DNA of 56,964 nucleotides, filler included, from Perkinsus olseni (Eukaryota): NCBI GenBank assembly GCA_013115125.1. It is 2 parts of 2 records of this genome, joined end to end, with 100 filler letters (N's around TTAATTAATTAA, not from the genome) between each part and the next. Parts side by side here need not be neighbours in the genome. Positions count along the whole stretch, not along the records: positions 1 to 28,480 come from JABANN010000447.1; 1 more part is not named here. One strand, 5' to 3'. Shown piece by piece: positions 13,203 to 24,740 of this stretch (position 1 is its first letter; each line of letters starts with the position of its first letter). The notes under the pieces were generated by a model. It saw only the letters and a program-made list of their open reading frames with translations, ran no database searches and was not told where the DNA came from. The position numbers and the translations under genes were made by a program.

Positions 13203-14999
13203 CTACATACCACCACCGGGTGCGGCGGCGTCGGAAGAGGAGGAGCTGTCCGCGATACTCATGCTCTTGCTGGCCATCCTGATGATATCTTCCATCTCCA
13301 CGTCCAACCCTCCACCACCTCCATTCAAACGAAGGCCGTTCATTGCACTGTGGCGGATGCCGTACCCGAAGTAGATGACGGAGCCGGCGGCAAAGTAGGC
13401 GAGAACGATGCAGAAAGCTAGCCACCCCAGACTGGCCATGATGAAGATATTAACAGTGACGGCAGCCACTGGTACGATCAGGCTCAATACGTTGGAGCCC
13501 ATGAGCCTCCAGCCACGGTAGAAAAACGCCACCAGCCCGGCAGCATAGACGCACAAAAATACGTAAACTGCGATTTCGCTGTTGTGGCCACCCTGCAGGC
13601 AAAGACCGGCGATAATAAGAACAATAATAAGTGCCGCTAGACAAATGCGAGCCTCCTTGTCAACTCTGTCATAGACAGGCTCGCTAGAGCGCGGCAGGCC
13701 TCTGCGTATACGTCTTAGAACGCATCCGACACATACCAGACCCTGCATGAGGAGGATGCCCGCAGAAATGGCTTGATTGAGGATATCAAAATCCAATAGT
13801 GCAGAGATGATAACAGTGATGACCAAGGTCCAAAAGATGCCGTAGAAAGGCGAACCCTTGCTGTTGACTTTGGTAAACTTGGGTGAGAGCAAACCGTCCT
13901 TACCCATCCTGTAGAAGACACGAGGTTGCCCGGCACTAGTACCATAGGTGGCTGTGATAGAGCATGTTACTGCCGCTACGGCAACAACAATAGCAGCCCA
14001 GTCCAGGCCCACGTACTGGAATGCCGAGTAGATGGGAGTTAATGGGTTAATCTGGTCCACACCGATGAGACCTATGAGGGAGATGGATACTAAAGCGTAG
14101 AGTGTAGCAGTACAGGAAATGGTAATACCAATGGCCCGAGGGATGACCACGGTGGGCTTCTCAACTTCCTCGGATAATACACAGACAGCATCCCAACCAA
14201 CGTAAGAGAAGAAGACCGATGAGGCTCCTCCTAGGATGCCAGCGGCACCCCGTGGGGCAAAATTGGAGAAGTGGTCAGAATCGAAGAAAGGCAGACCAGC
14301 GATGATGATGAAAAGAATCATTGATACATTACCAACAGTCATGAGAGATGATACCCAGGCAGACTCCCTCACTCCTAACATACAGAGTGCGGCTACTGCG
14401 ATGCACAACAAAGGCGGTAGCAAGTCCAAGACGAGAACGTTAGAGCCGTTCACCGGGTACTCCTGGAGGACTGTTGGCACCACAACACCGCAGGCCTCGA
14501 TGAGCTCTCTCAGATAGCCAGCGAAGCCTCTAGCGATGGCCGCACTAGAGATGCCGTATTCTAGTGTAAGGCAGAGACCAGAGAGGAAGCCCAAGTACTC
14601 TCCCAGGGAAGAGTAGACGTAGGAGTAGGCCCCGCCACTGGCAGGCAGACGACTGGAAAAATCCGCATAGCAAATCCCCGAAAGGCCACACGCCAGACCG
14701 GCGATCAAGAAGGATATGAACAGAGCCGGCCCAGCATAGTCCTTCGCTGCGGTACCGGGTGTTACGAAGATACCCGACCCCACAGTGTTTGCTATGCCGA
14801 AGAGGAATACGTGCCAGAAACTGAGTACTTTCTTAAGGCCCGATCCGTCCTTTTGTTCTTCCTTTTGCTCCTCTCGAAGGATAGCTTCCGTCTTACACCG
14901 TGTCATCCTCCGCCATATCTCGGTTATCGGGTTGGACTCGAAGATGGTGCGACGCCGTGACGCGGCCTCTAGTGATGATGCAGACCGTGTACGGACCAT
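13203..14999 (-). CDS. APC-family cationic amino acid transporter (CAT/SLC7-like), single exon, 598 aa
   Basis: GIANTVGSGIFVTPG, AGPALFISF, CYADFSSRLPASGGAYSY, FFSYVGWD, EEVEKP, QPRVFYRMGKDGLL, IYFGYGIRHS; many hydrophobic segments. Confidence 0.95.
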   Translation of the reverse strand: MVRTRSASSLEAASRRRTIFESNPITEIWRRMTRCKTEAILREEQKEEQKDGSGLKKVLSFWHVFLFGIANTVGSGIFVTPGTAAKDYAGPALFISFLIAGLACGLSGICYADFSSRLPASGGAYSYVYSSLGEYLGFLSGLCLTLEYGISSAAIARGFAGYLRELIEACGVVVPTVLQEYPVNGSNVLVLDLLPPLLCIAVAALCMLGVRESAWVSSLMTVGNVSMILFIIIAGLPFFDSDHFSNFAPRGAAGILGGASSVFFSYVGWDAVCVLSEEVEKPTVVIPRAIGITISCTATLYALVSISLIGLIGVDQINPLTPIYSAFQYVGLDWAAIVVAVAAVTCSITATYGTSAGQPRVFYRMGKDGLLSPKFTKVNSKGSPFYGIFWTLVITVIISALLDFDILNQAISAGILLMQGLVCVGCVLRRIRRGLPRSSEPVYDRVDKEARICLAALIIVLIIAGLCLQGGHNSEIAVYVFLCVYAAGLVAFFYRGWRLMGSNVLSLIVPVAAVTVNIFIMASLGWLAFCIVLAYFAAGSVIYFGYGIRHSAMNGLRLNGGGGGLDVEMEDIIRMASKSMSIADSSSSSDAAAPGGGM

Positions 15000-16056
15000 G
15001 GTGAATAGGAGAAGAAGAAATTCTACCCAACCTCAGCTAACACCCTCGATGCTCACAATGAACAAAGTGCAGGGGGAGGTCCATTAACCCATGGAGGCCG
15101 CTCAGTAGGCCTCCTTCCTTGGCAGGGTGTCGATCTAACACAAGGGGTTCACGTTGTATTGGTTGGGCTACGCACTTCATCGTGAGTGGCGCTCGCCATT
15201 TCAATCGATCTATCTTGATTTTTCATGCCGAGTGCACAAGTCTTTGGGATATTCGTGAAGGTTATCGTACCACATCTTGCGCTACTTGTGAAGGTTTATG
15301 GCAATACCTGATAGAAGGCAATTGCACTAGTGTTTCCCCCGAAGCACGAGGCAATACGAAGCATTGCTGTCTTTGGGGCCCTTGCTGAGGGGTCCACCCA
15401 CTTAGATCGGTTATCCTCAGTACATGATCCTTTTATAGCGGCTTAGTCCGGGCTACAGAGCGCTGCTGCATGCTTCATGAGCCATTCTATGGGGCTTGGT
15501 CGTCGAGTGCCTCCCTCCCTGGGGAGAACGCTGTGAGAGACGAAACGAAAACGCTGCGAAAAGGAAGCGATACACGTGGTGAAGACTCCGGCCGTCCCCG
15601 AGAGTTTCTTGAGTGTGATATTGATCGAAGTTTTGTGTCTAGTAATGATAACGATTTATACGATGGCATTTGTTCGGTTTGGCTGTGGAAAGTGGTAATC
15701 CGGCAAGCATTATGACCCTTTATGTCACGAGATTTTACTATGACCCCAGATGGGGAGGAATCAGATCGTAATGCTAGCCATTCACAGCTGCTCGTTCAGC
15801 CGACATTCGCTTCTGCAGCATAGCCCGCGATTGTCTTCGCTGGCTCTGTGGGCCTGCTTGTCGCGCCCTTAGCCACAGGAGTCTCCAAGCTACGAGACTG
15901 ACCTCTATGGATCATATGCACAACCATTCGGGAATACTGCGAGGGGGGTTGCTGGGTAGTTCTGTGGAGGGTGCGTGGACTTAGTGGTATTAGTTTCTTT
16001 GTTGGCAATTCAATCACCTGTTATTCTTCTCTGTACTACTTCGAAAGTAGTACGTA

Positions 16057-18016
16057 ATGGTAAATAGTCGACACTCTACGGAACAACCAACGTCAACAAC
16101 AACAGCCGGTAGCAGTACAAGCAGCGGTTTTAAAACTAACACTATGCTCAACGGAACCGATTCGGCTACAGTGAAGAGGGACTTGGATCAGCTGCTCGAG
16201 ACTTACGATGATGGTAGTACAGGGGAGAGGTCAAAGCTAGAGGTGTCAGAATAGTTTCGATAGTGCTGTGGTGGTTGACGAGAGTTTTGAGAATTCTTGG
16301 TCCTTGAGAGGTCACGAGACACTCAGGAGTGTCAATGGCTCGTTGTGATAGGGTGGTAGGCTTCTAACTGTCTGCGTGCCCTTCCATCAGCAGAGGTGAA
16401 GATGTCGTTGTGGTTGATTCAGATGGTGAGCATTTGTTGAAGGAGCTACCCTTGTATATTCTCGAGGTCGAGAAAAAGATACCTACAATTTTCACATTGA
16501 CCGGTGATGTGATTGAGGTGGAAGAGTCCTTTGCAGCTGAGGTAAGATGGAGGATCATCTTCGGAGGGGAAGGTCCCGGGTACGATTCCCGGCGCATGAA
16601 TGTCTATTCTGTAGGAGTGTTCGGCGTCTGGTATCCGATCGGGCAAGCCCAACTTACGGGTCGTCGAAGCCGGCAAGGCGGTGGCCAGGGAGATTGACAT
16701 AGCGATTGACAGGTAGTGCAAACACTCATTTCATCGATAGAGCTCCTCTCGGCCACCGTGAGTAGCGTAGCTCTCCATTCGAACAGTGAGAATGATGGTT
16801 CGGCTTGGCGTTCGTGGAGTATCTATGCAGGGTGATGTGTAACGCTCATGCTATATATCGTTGTGATTTTCTGTACGACCTCACGTCCGAAAATATAGTA
16901 CATGATGCAGTAGTACCTGATACCGTTAAAGGTGGCAGAGGTGTCGCAAGTGCTGATCGCATCCTTGCTAGGCTCTCTCGACTGCAGCGCTTCGTACTGA
17001 TGCATGTCCCGAAGGAAGAGGATGGTAACAACTTCGGTGTGGCAGTACAGGGACAGTTCTACTCCAAGTAGCGATGGAAGGTGTACTTCATATCGTGATG
17101 GTGGATGGTGGTTCTCAGGCTTTCCAAATACTTGAAATGGTGCGACGCCATCCAGGATGAAGGAAAGTCCTACCATCATTCTAGAGCGGACAGTAAGACG
17201 AGCGGTTCTCATGGGATAGGTATCTAGTTCAATCCCCGGCCCCTCCATGGAAGCATCATGATGAGTCTCCTCGGACTATTTTCACCTCTCTGTCTCCAAG
17301 GATTCCCATTGCCTTACTGGGGTTCTGTAACCCTCGGTCCACGCCTGAGATGGTCGCTCTTGTCGTGCCTAACTCCTTCCTAGCTGGCCTCGTCGTGGAA
17401 GGTCGCTGGATCTCGTGGTTGAGAATGATAACTCCGTATGCTAGGATGCCATTGTTCTTCATGATGTTCAGTTCTACGTCGAATGGAGTTGGACGAGAAG
17501 CTGGAGTACCGCGAGACTGTGTGTGAGAAGGAGGATAAGGTAGACGACGGAGTATCTTTTGTGTATGCGTGCATTTGGCGCACCTGGCTCCCGTGGCTCA
17601 GGTCACCAAGTCTAAGGCGACTAAGACTGTGGCGAACGTGCCGCACATCGGAGATTTAACTTGGTCAGTGTACTCCTGTATTTCGTGGCGCGTGACGGTA
17701 TCCCTTCTGCAGTTACCTTGCTCGCCATGATGCTCTTCAGTTCTTCACTTTAAAGAACATAATGCAGGGACTCATCAGCATGTAGTTTTCCGCGCATACC
17801 GCACCCATATAACCCGTCTCACGCGAGGCTCAATCTCGGTAGTTTCGATGGCTTCCGACTTGCCATTCAGTATAGCGCACTGAGTAGATGGAGATGAACT
17901 GTTGTTGTATTGTGTGGTGCAGGTATGTACATTGCTATGTCTACGTGAAGAACAACTACGAGAAAATACGATGGCCTCGTGGGAGGTCTGAGGGTCTCAA
18001 CATGCATATGTACTGA
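16057..18016 (+). CDS. Proteasome activator PA28 (11S/REG, PSME-like), paralog 1
   Basis: Activation-loop exon LQRFVLMHVPKEEDGNNFGVAVQ (~16980-17050). Later exons ELDEKLEYRETVCEKEDK and YLARHDALQFFTLKNIMQ. C-terminal tail YVKNNYEKIRWPRGRSEGLNMHMY-stop. Confidence 0.88.
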
Positions 18017-18234
18017 TTCGCTCGTTCCTTCCCCCCCCCCTTTTCGCTCCGCCGTCTGCGCCGTCTATAGTAGCAGTAGCAGTAGTAGGAGATAGGCTCT
18101 CTGAGACTGGCTTCCTTCGAGAGATCTTTTTGGTTGACGTCTACGATGAGGGAGAGAAGGCGATGGTTTGTCTACTTTTTCGTCCGCGAAATTTTATCCT
18201 AGCGGCAGTTTTTTTTCACCCTCCTCTTCCCGAC

Positions 18235-20310
18235 ATGTCCTCTGAAAATGATAATCAACTGACAATCGAGGAGGTGCAGGCTCAGTTGGAGAGCCTGCTG
18301 CAAGCGTATGATGAAGGTAGTAGTAGGTGGTCATTGGGGGGCAGGTTTGTGCGAGGAGTTATTACAGGGGGAGCAAAGCTTGCTTTGATGCTCACGTGCT
18401 TCTTCGAAGAGAGCACCACTCTGGTGTCCTCGTTTTGCGGGCTGAAGGCACCAAATACGTTTTTCGACGCAAAATTTTTTTCTCCGTGAAAAGGGAATAA
18501 CACGATTTTTCAGGTGCTTCAGTCAGGGTTGGCCAGCACAATCTTGAGAAGGTTCATGAGACCCTTCGTCTGTGTTAGTTGGCGAGCGTGTGTTGAAGGA
18601 GTTGCCGTTGTACGTGGTGAAGTTGGAAAGGGAACTTCCCCAAGTTTTCTCTCTGGAGGGCGATATACAGCAGATCGAGGAGGCCTTCGCGGCGAATGTA
18701 AGGGGAATAATTTACCCATTTATTCGAAGTCGCCCGATCATCGGCGAGTCTCTTCATCAGCGCACCGCCGGGGTCACGGATCGAGATGGATCTTCTGGAC
18801 CACGTGGTGAACTATTCACTCGCGTTTTTCGTGGTGACGTTTGACGTCTCTTCGGCCGTCACGTCAATCCCTTGCAAGCGTTTCTCGAGTGATTTTATAA
18901 ATGCCCGGATTAGTTCTTCTTAGGAATGCTCCGAGAAGTCCATAAGATCGGGGGAGGCTCATCCGGTGTTGGTTGAAGTCGGCAAGTACATGTCGAAGGC
19001 CGTTGAGGATGCCTTGGAGAGGTATGACCTTTCCAACGTTTTCTCGGAGATTTTCGCGCATTTTTTGTCTAGGTTGGGCCAAGTGCAACGATATGTAGTG
19101 ATGCACACACCGAGGGAAGAGGACGGCAACAACTTCGGGGTCGCCGTTCAGACCCGTTTCTACTCGAAGTAGTAGAGTCCGTAGTAGCAATGGCAAGCCA
19201 ACTTGCAATTGGGACACGCTGGTGGGGAAAATTCCGAAGAAAACGAAATTTACTCGGATTGTTTTTGGTGGATATCCGATAGAAGGGACCCTGCCGTGGA
19301 TGGTGCTATGGCATTCCTTAGTAGTCTGAAAATAATTTTATTTCTCGGGCGTTTTTCGCGCGCCACGAAATTACTGTCAGGGTGGCGAAATATGTCAAGT
19401 GGTGTGACACTATTCATGAAGGCTGCAAAGGATACCATGCGATGAGGGCTGACAGTAAGACGGGTATGGATTCGGGCGCGCGCTAAGTACTCGTCTCATC
19501 ACCGCCGATTTGAAAAAATATGGCGCTGGTTGTTAGTATGATGGGTAGTACATCCTGATCGCTTGGCGTTGGATGAGGCACGGGGAAGCTATTCGTGTCT
19601 TGACAGTTTTACGCAAGATGGGCTTGGACGAAAGATTGGAGGTTCGGGAGAACTTTTCGGAGAACGACCGTAAAGTGAGTTGGCATGGCTGTTGTTGCCC
19701 TCTGTTTCTTCTCTGTGTCCTTGGCCGATACGCATCAATGTGTGTATGTGTGTGACCTGGACATACCTGATGGATCGATCCGGACTCAGCGGTGGTCGCC
19801 GTTGCCTTTGTATTTGCACGTCTCTCTCTGAGTCAGATTTTATTCAGATATCATCGTCGAAAGCCGTGAAGACTATGAAGGATCAAGCTCCAATGGGTGA
19901 CCTGCTGTGGTAGTAACAGTTCAGGTTCCTACCTGACCTATTCTGTATCATACTATGATCGAGCTTGGATACGCTGGTTCTCAGTTGCCTGGCCAGACAT
20001 GACGCGAATCATTACTTTCAACTTAAGAACGTGATGCAGAGCCTCATCAGCATGTAAGAGCTCCCTTCCGTTAAAACATCTCTACACTTTCTTTGACTCG
20101 CTGCGACTTAGATAGGCTTACTGCGTTCTTGACAGCGAAAGCAACGCAGTATGTCGAACATAGCGTGTGTACGACATGGGGCTGATAGCAGCGGTCCAGC
20201 AGCTGATGCTGAGCAGGTACATCCACTGCTATGTTTACGTGAAGAATAACCATGAAAAGATTCGCTGGCCCAGGGGGCGCTCAGACAGTCGTAATATGCA
20301 TATGTATTGA
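18235..20310 (+). CDS. Proteasome activator PA28, paralog 2
   Basis: VQRYVVMHTPREEDGNNFGVAVQ (~19083-19150); C-terminal YVKNNHEKIRWPRGRSDSRNMHMY-stop; exon layout parallels paralog 1. Confidence 0.88.
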
Positions 20311-20671
20311 CGATGGGGCAAGGAAGTGGTTTCACTATTAATAATCATGACCGTATCACAACCTATCCCGGTTGTGTTCAGTAGGAGGGAATCGCGGGTA
20401 TCATTCAAGATGCAGTTGTGTCCCGGAAATATTTCTCGATCTGTTACCGCGGAGGGAGACACTGACTTGCTAACGATGCTCCACCGTGAGAAATGCTCAT
20501 GGCTGTGGTGAGAGCATTGAAGCCCGTTTCGGGAGCTATACTGTTTTCTAGTCTTTTCATGTTTCTCTGCAATATGCGGTTCTCCTAGGGGAGGGCCCCT
20601 CCTTGATGTTGCGCTGCCTCGATTTCTCGACAGGTTTTGTTCTTGTTCTCTTCCTCCTCCTCGTCGTTGTG

Positions 20672-22723
20672 ATGGTAGACCAATCTGTTACCAAGAAGAG
20701 ACGCTTGTCGAAGGGCACAGCAACGACTAAGGAAGCAGCAGCCCATACACAGGAGAAGCTCGATGAGCTCATCAAACGATTTGATTCAGGTGGCTTACTG
20801 TTCACATATTATCAAACCACTCGGTATTTAGAGTGAAATATGGTGCGATTCCGCCGGGATCTGTTCGGACGGATCAGTGGACACGCGTAAGGCGGGCGAT
20901 CTTCGCCATTTCAGTTGGGGAGAGCATCGTCAAAGAGTTACCCTCCCTCATCCTTGACCTGGAGGAGCGTCTGCCGAAGATCTTTACTCGAACCGAGGAC
21001 ATCGTAGAGTTGGAAGATGCCTTTGCTAAGAAGGTCAGTGGGCGATTTGGCCCTTGCCAGGGACTCTCGCATTTTGCAAGGCCCTTTTTGGGGCAGAACT
21101 ATGCAGAAGTTTTCCGTGCGTCTGAGACTCGCTCAGTGAGTCGGTCATCCCCTCATTGATAGTTGCCTCACGAGCTATAGCGAGCGATAGTGGGATGGGT
21201 CGTGTGCTACTGCCTGTTGCCATTAGGAATGCTCGGCGGAGGGTATCCAATCGGGTAAGCCTAATCCCGTGATCGTTGAAGCTAACAGGATTGTTACTAA
21301 GGAGTTTGACAAGGCCAGTGAGAAGTAAGTTCTATGTTTTTTGGGGGGATGCTCGAGGAATACCAGTCCGTGAGGGTTTTCACCTCGTGAAGCACTGCCT
21401 GACAGCGAGCCATCTCTCCCACCTGCATTGTTATGTAGCTAAGAAACTCCTTTTTGTCGTTATTCTGTATCACTACGCACACTGAATGCGGGCTCATCGG
21501 ATGCAGTGCTGCTCGCCGTGGTGACGGTCTCTCGTCTTCACCATTATGAGACACTATTACGAGTAATATCATTGATATCTTCATATCAGAGCTGCTCGCT
21601 GTCTTCCTATTGATAGGGAGTCTCATCCAGTATTCTATGCATCATCATTATTGTAGGCTCTCGAAGCTCCAGCGTTATGTCCTCATGCACGTACCGCGAG
21701 AAGAGGATGGTAACAACTTCGGAGTGGAGGTGCAGGCACAGTTCAATGGGAAGTAAGACGAGGGAGGACATCGACCGTCTCGTAATCGGAGCAGAGAATA
21801 TACTACTTCTTTTAAATTGGAATCACTGAGACTGTATCACTTTGGTCGGGTTGGAAGCTGGTCTTTTTATGGTACTCTATCATCACTGCAATTTGAATAT
21901 ATACTCAATCCGTAGAGGAAAGATTGGGAAGATCTTATGTCGGCCCTAGGAAGATACGCAATATCTCGTTTGATGAACGCTATTGCATGATAGCATCTTC
22001 CCCTTCAGGCTAGGTGAGTACCTAAAATGGTGCGACGACACTCAGGACGAGAACAAGGTCTACCACCAGGCTCGTGCCGAGAGTAAGCCGTCCTCCTTGG
22101 TGTTGTGGAATATCGTGGCGCGCGAAATATTTATTTGCTCGTTGCCAGTCATTCGACAGATGGAGTTCGAAAGGGCTGTGGAGGAGAGAGAAACTGTGTG
22201 TGAGAAGGAGGACAAGGTGAGCCGCTCTTACTATCACCATGAATTACCTTAGTGGGCTCCGCTTACGGTGACGCATAGCTCGGGCCTCATGACAGCAGGT
22301 ATTCTTGCTCTTGACAAGGCGATCAACTTCCGCTGAATTTCCGTCTACTATGGCATTGAATAGAAGCTGCTTTGGGACGCTTGTTGCTCTTCCATCAGGT
22401 GACTAAATCGAAGGCTACCAAATCCGTTGTGAACGTCCCGCAGCTCGGAGACCTTCTCAGGTGAGCTCCTCGGCCACGCTCCAGGTATATAACATATTTG
22501 CGTCAGTTACGTGGCTCGTCACGATGCTCTGCAGTACTTCACATTGAAGAACGAACTGCAGGAGTTGATTAGCATGTGAGCCTAGAAGCGCCGGCTAGGG
22601 TTGATGGAGCAGTGGCGGGTTGGCGTCAGGTACCTACACTGTTACATCTACCTCAAGAACAACTACGAGAAGATACGATGGCCTCGAGGGAAGTCCGAGG
22701 GCATGAACATGCACATGTACTGA
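20672..22723 (+). CDS. Proteasome activator PA28, paralog 3, with N-terminal basic cluster KKRR
   Basis: MVDQSVTKKRRLSK start; LQRYVLMHVPREEDGNNFGVEVQ (~21667-21735); C-terminal YLKNNYEKIRWPRGKSEGMNMHMY-stop. Confidence 0.88.
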
Positions 22724-22990
22724 GGATGGTCGCCATCCCCAGCTGCATTCAAGTGAAGTACGCTGCAGCTCGAGTAGTTGCTTTCTTCTAAGACACCAGA
22801 GTGGTCGTGGCCGACCACTGCTATCACGTAAGATAATAACATCATCCACTGCCAATAACACAACCACACTGCCTTCGCAATCAGTTGGTGGACGTCACCG
22901 CGTGTTGCGTTGGGCGAAGGGTCTAGAGGAGATTCCTGAGAACTTCGCTCAGCCTATTTTGTAATGGTCACAGTTGTTTTGGAGAGTTTT

Positions 22991-24511
22991 ATGAAAGAGC
23001 CGTTATTCCGGTTACTGCTCCTGCTTCTGAGTGCACTTCTATGCCCGCTTACCCAAGGCAAGGGTTTCTTCCCGCCGGAGAACGGCAAGGTGATAGAGAT
23101 CGATGGGGATCTGCTAGGGAATCTTACGGCCCGGGGAGAGTCGGACGACACTCGAATTGTCCTCTTCTACGCCTCTTGGTGCGGCCACTGTGCTAACTTC
23201 GCGTCGGAGTACGAGATGGTGGCTGAGGTCTTCTCGAGTGTTCCGTTTCTGTCCCTGTTCGCTATCGATTGCAATAAGTATCGCGAGGCGTGTAGATCGG
23301 CAGGCGTGGATAGATATCCGACGTTGGTGGGCTACAGGAAGGGCAAGAAGACTGGTGAGGACTGGGACCGGCAAATTCGGGCTGCTAACTACGTCAATGA
23401 GCAGCTCCCTGTGGAGTTGCAGCTGTCCGACGTACCAACAATTGAGCATCTCAGAGGACCGTCCATGAAGATGAAAGGTAGTGAGGGAGTGGCAGGGTCG
23501 GATACTGCTAGCGACAGAGTCTACGATGGCGTGCTAGCATTCGCCAATCTGATGGCTACCGCGGTATTCCCAGCTGGGGTGGATTCCTTGGAGGGGTCCC
23601 GTCTTGATACCCTCAAGTACGTCGTGTTGCCTACGGTATCCACTTTGCATCCGGACGAGGGGTTCCGGAGGGAAGTAGCTGATCTTGAGGCTAGTTTACG
23701 GAGCGTGTATTCACTCACTCGGGAGCAATGGTTGGATCTGCTGGCTGAGAAGCCTTTCCTTGGCGGGGAGATAACTCTACCAACGGCGTTGTCGCCTGAC
23801 GACGACTGGGCACTCTGTGGACAACTTAGTTGTGGCATTTGGCAGTTTTTCCATCATCTCACTCTAGGCGTAGATCGGCCGTATAATGGTCAACAGGAGA
23901 GTGACCTGCTGGTTGATCATACTGGATTGGCGGCTATGAGCGGGATTAGGACGATAATCTCGCAGTACTTTGCCTGTGAGGATTGTACGCGGCATTTCAT
24001 CGAGGACTACGATAAGTGCTTTTACGGTCGGTGTGTCGGCGGGGATGCTCCGTCGAGGGAGGAGACTGTGATGTGGCTGTGGAGGTTCCACAACGCGGTG
24101 AATTCTCGAGTGTTTGCTAGTCGGAAGCCGGCGGAGAACTCTAGGGCAACTGAATGGCCGTCAGCCTCTCAATGCTCGGCGTGTATATCGACAGCGACAG
24201 GCGAGTACTCTGAGAAGGTCGTCTATCATTGGATCGTGCAGGCCTACCTCGGGGACATGCTCGAGGATGAGACCCTCTACACAGTGCCGTCACCAGTAAG
24301 TACAGAATCGTCTCACGTGTGCTTCGTACAGTGTCTCGTCCGGTCGACTCGTTAGTGATAGTCTCGATGGGCTTTCTTTTTCCTTCAGCTCCGGTCCATC
24401 ATGCTGTTGCTGGTATCCTTGCTTGGTATCGGTGGGCTGGTCCTCTACCAACTACACCAGAAGCAGATGACATACAACGATCGCCTCGGTAACAGACACC
24501 TCAACGAGTAG
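22991..24511 (+). CDS. QSOX: Quiescin sulfhydryl oxidase (QSOX): signal peptide, one thioredoxin domain, ERV/ALR domain, C-terminal TM helix
   Basis: Hydrophobic leader LLLLLLSALLC; FYASWCGHC; CGIWQFFHHL, YFACEDCTRHF, MWLWRFHNAVNSR, WPSASQCSAC. An intron at ~24296-24388 leads to exon LRSIMLLLVSLLGIGGLVLY...NE-TAG. Confidence 0.92.
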
Positions 24512-24740
24512 CTGATCATGATGATTTAGACGATGACTGATTGTGAAAAGTGACCATGCATCGCTTCGCTCCGCTCAGATTGTGATTGTATTCTGTAATG
24601 GACGTGCTTGTTCTGTTTTACCACCGTACCACCATTGCCTCTGTGCACCCGTTGTGATATTCTATAGACCATCAGACGACTGTTGCGTTAGTCAGGCAGT
24701 GGTGGTACCTTCCCGCAGCAGCCTAGGTTGGCGATTGTCC

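Noticed and set aside
15000-15120. Spliced-leader relic upstream of the intronless transporter
   Set aside because: No match to a CCGTAGCCATYTTGGCTCAAG-type leader was seen by eye.
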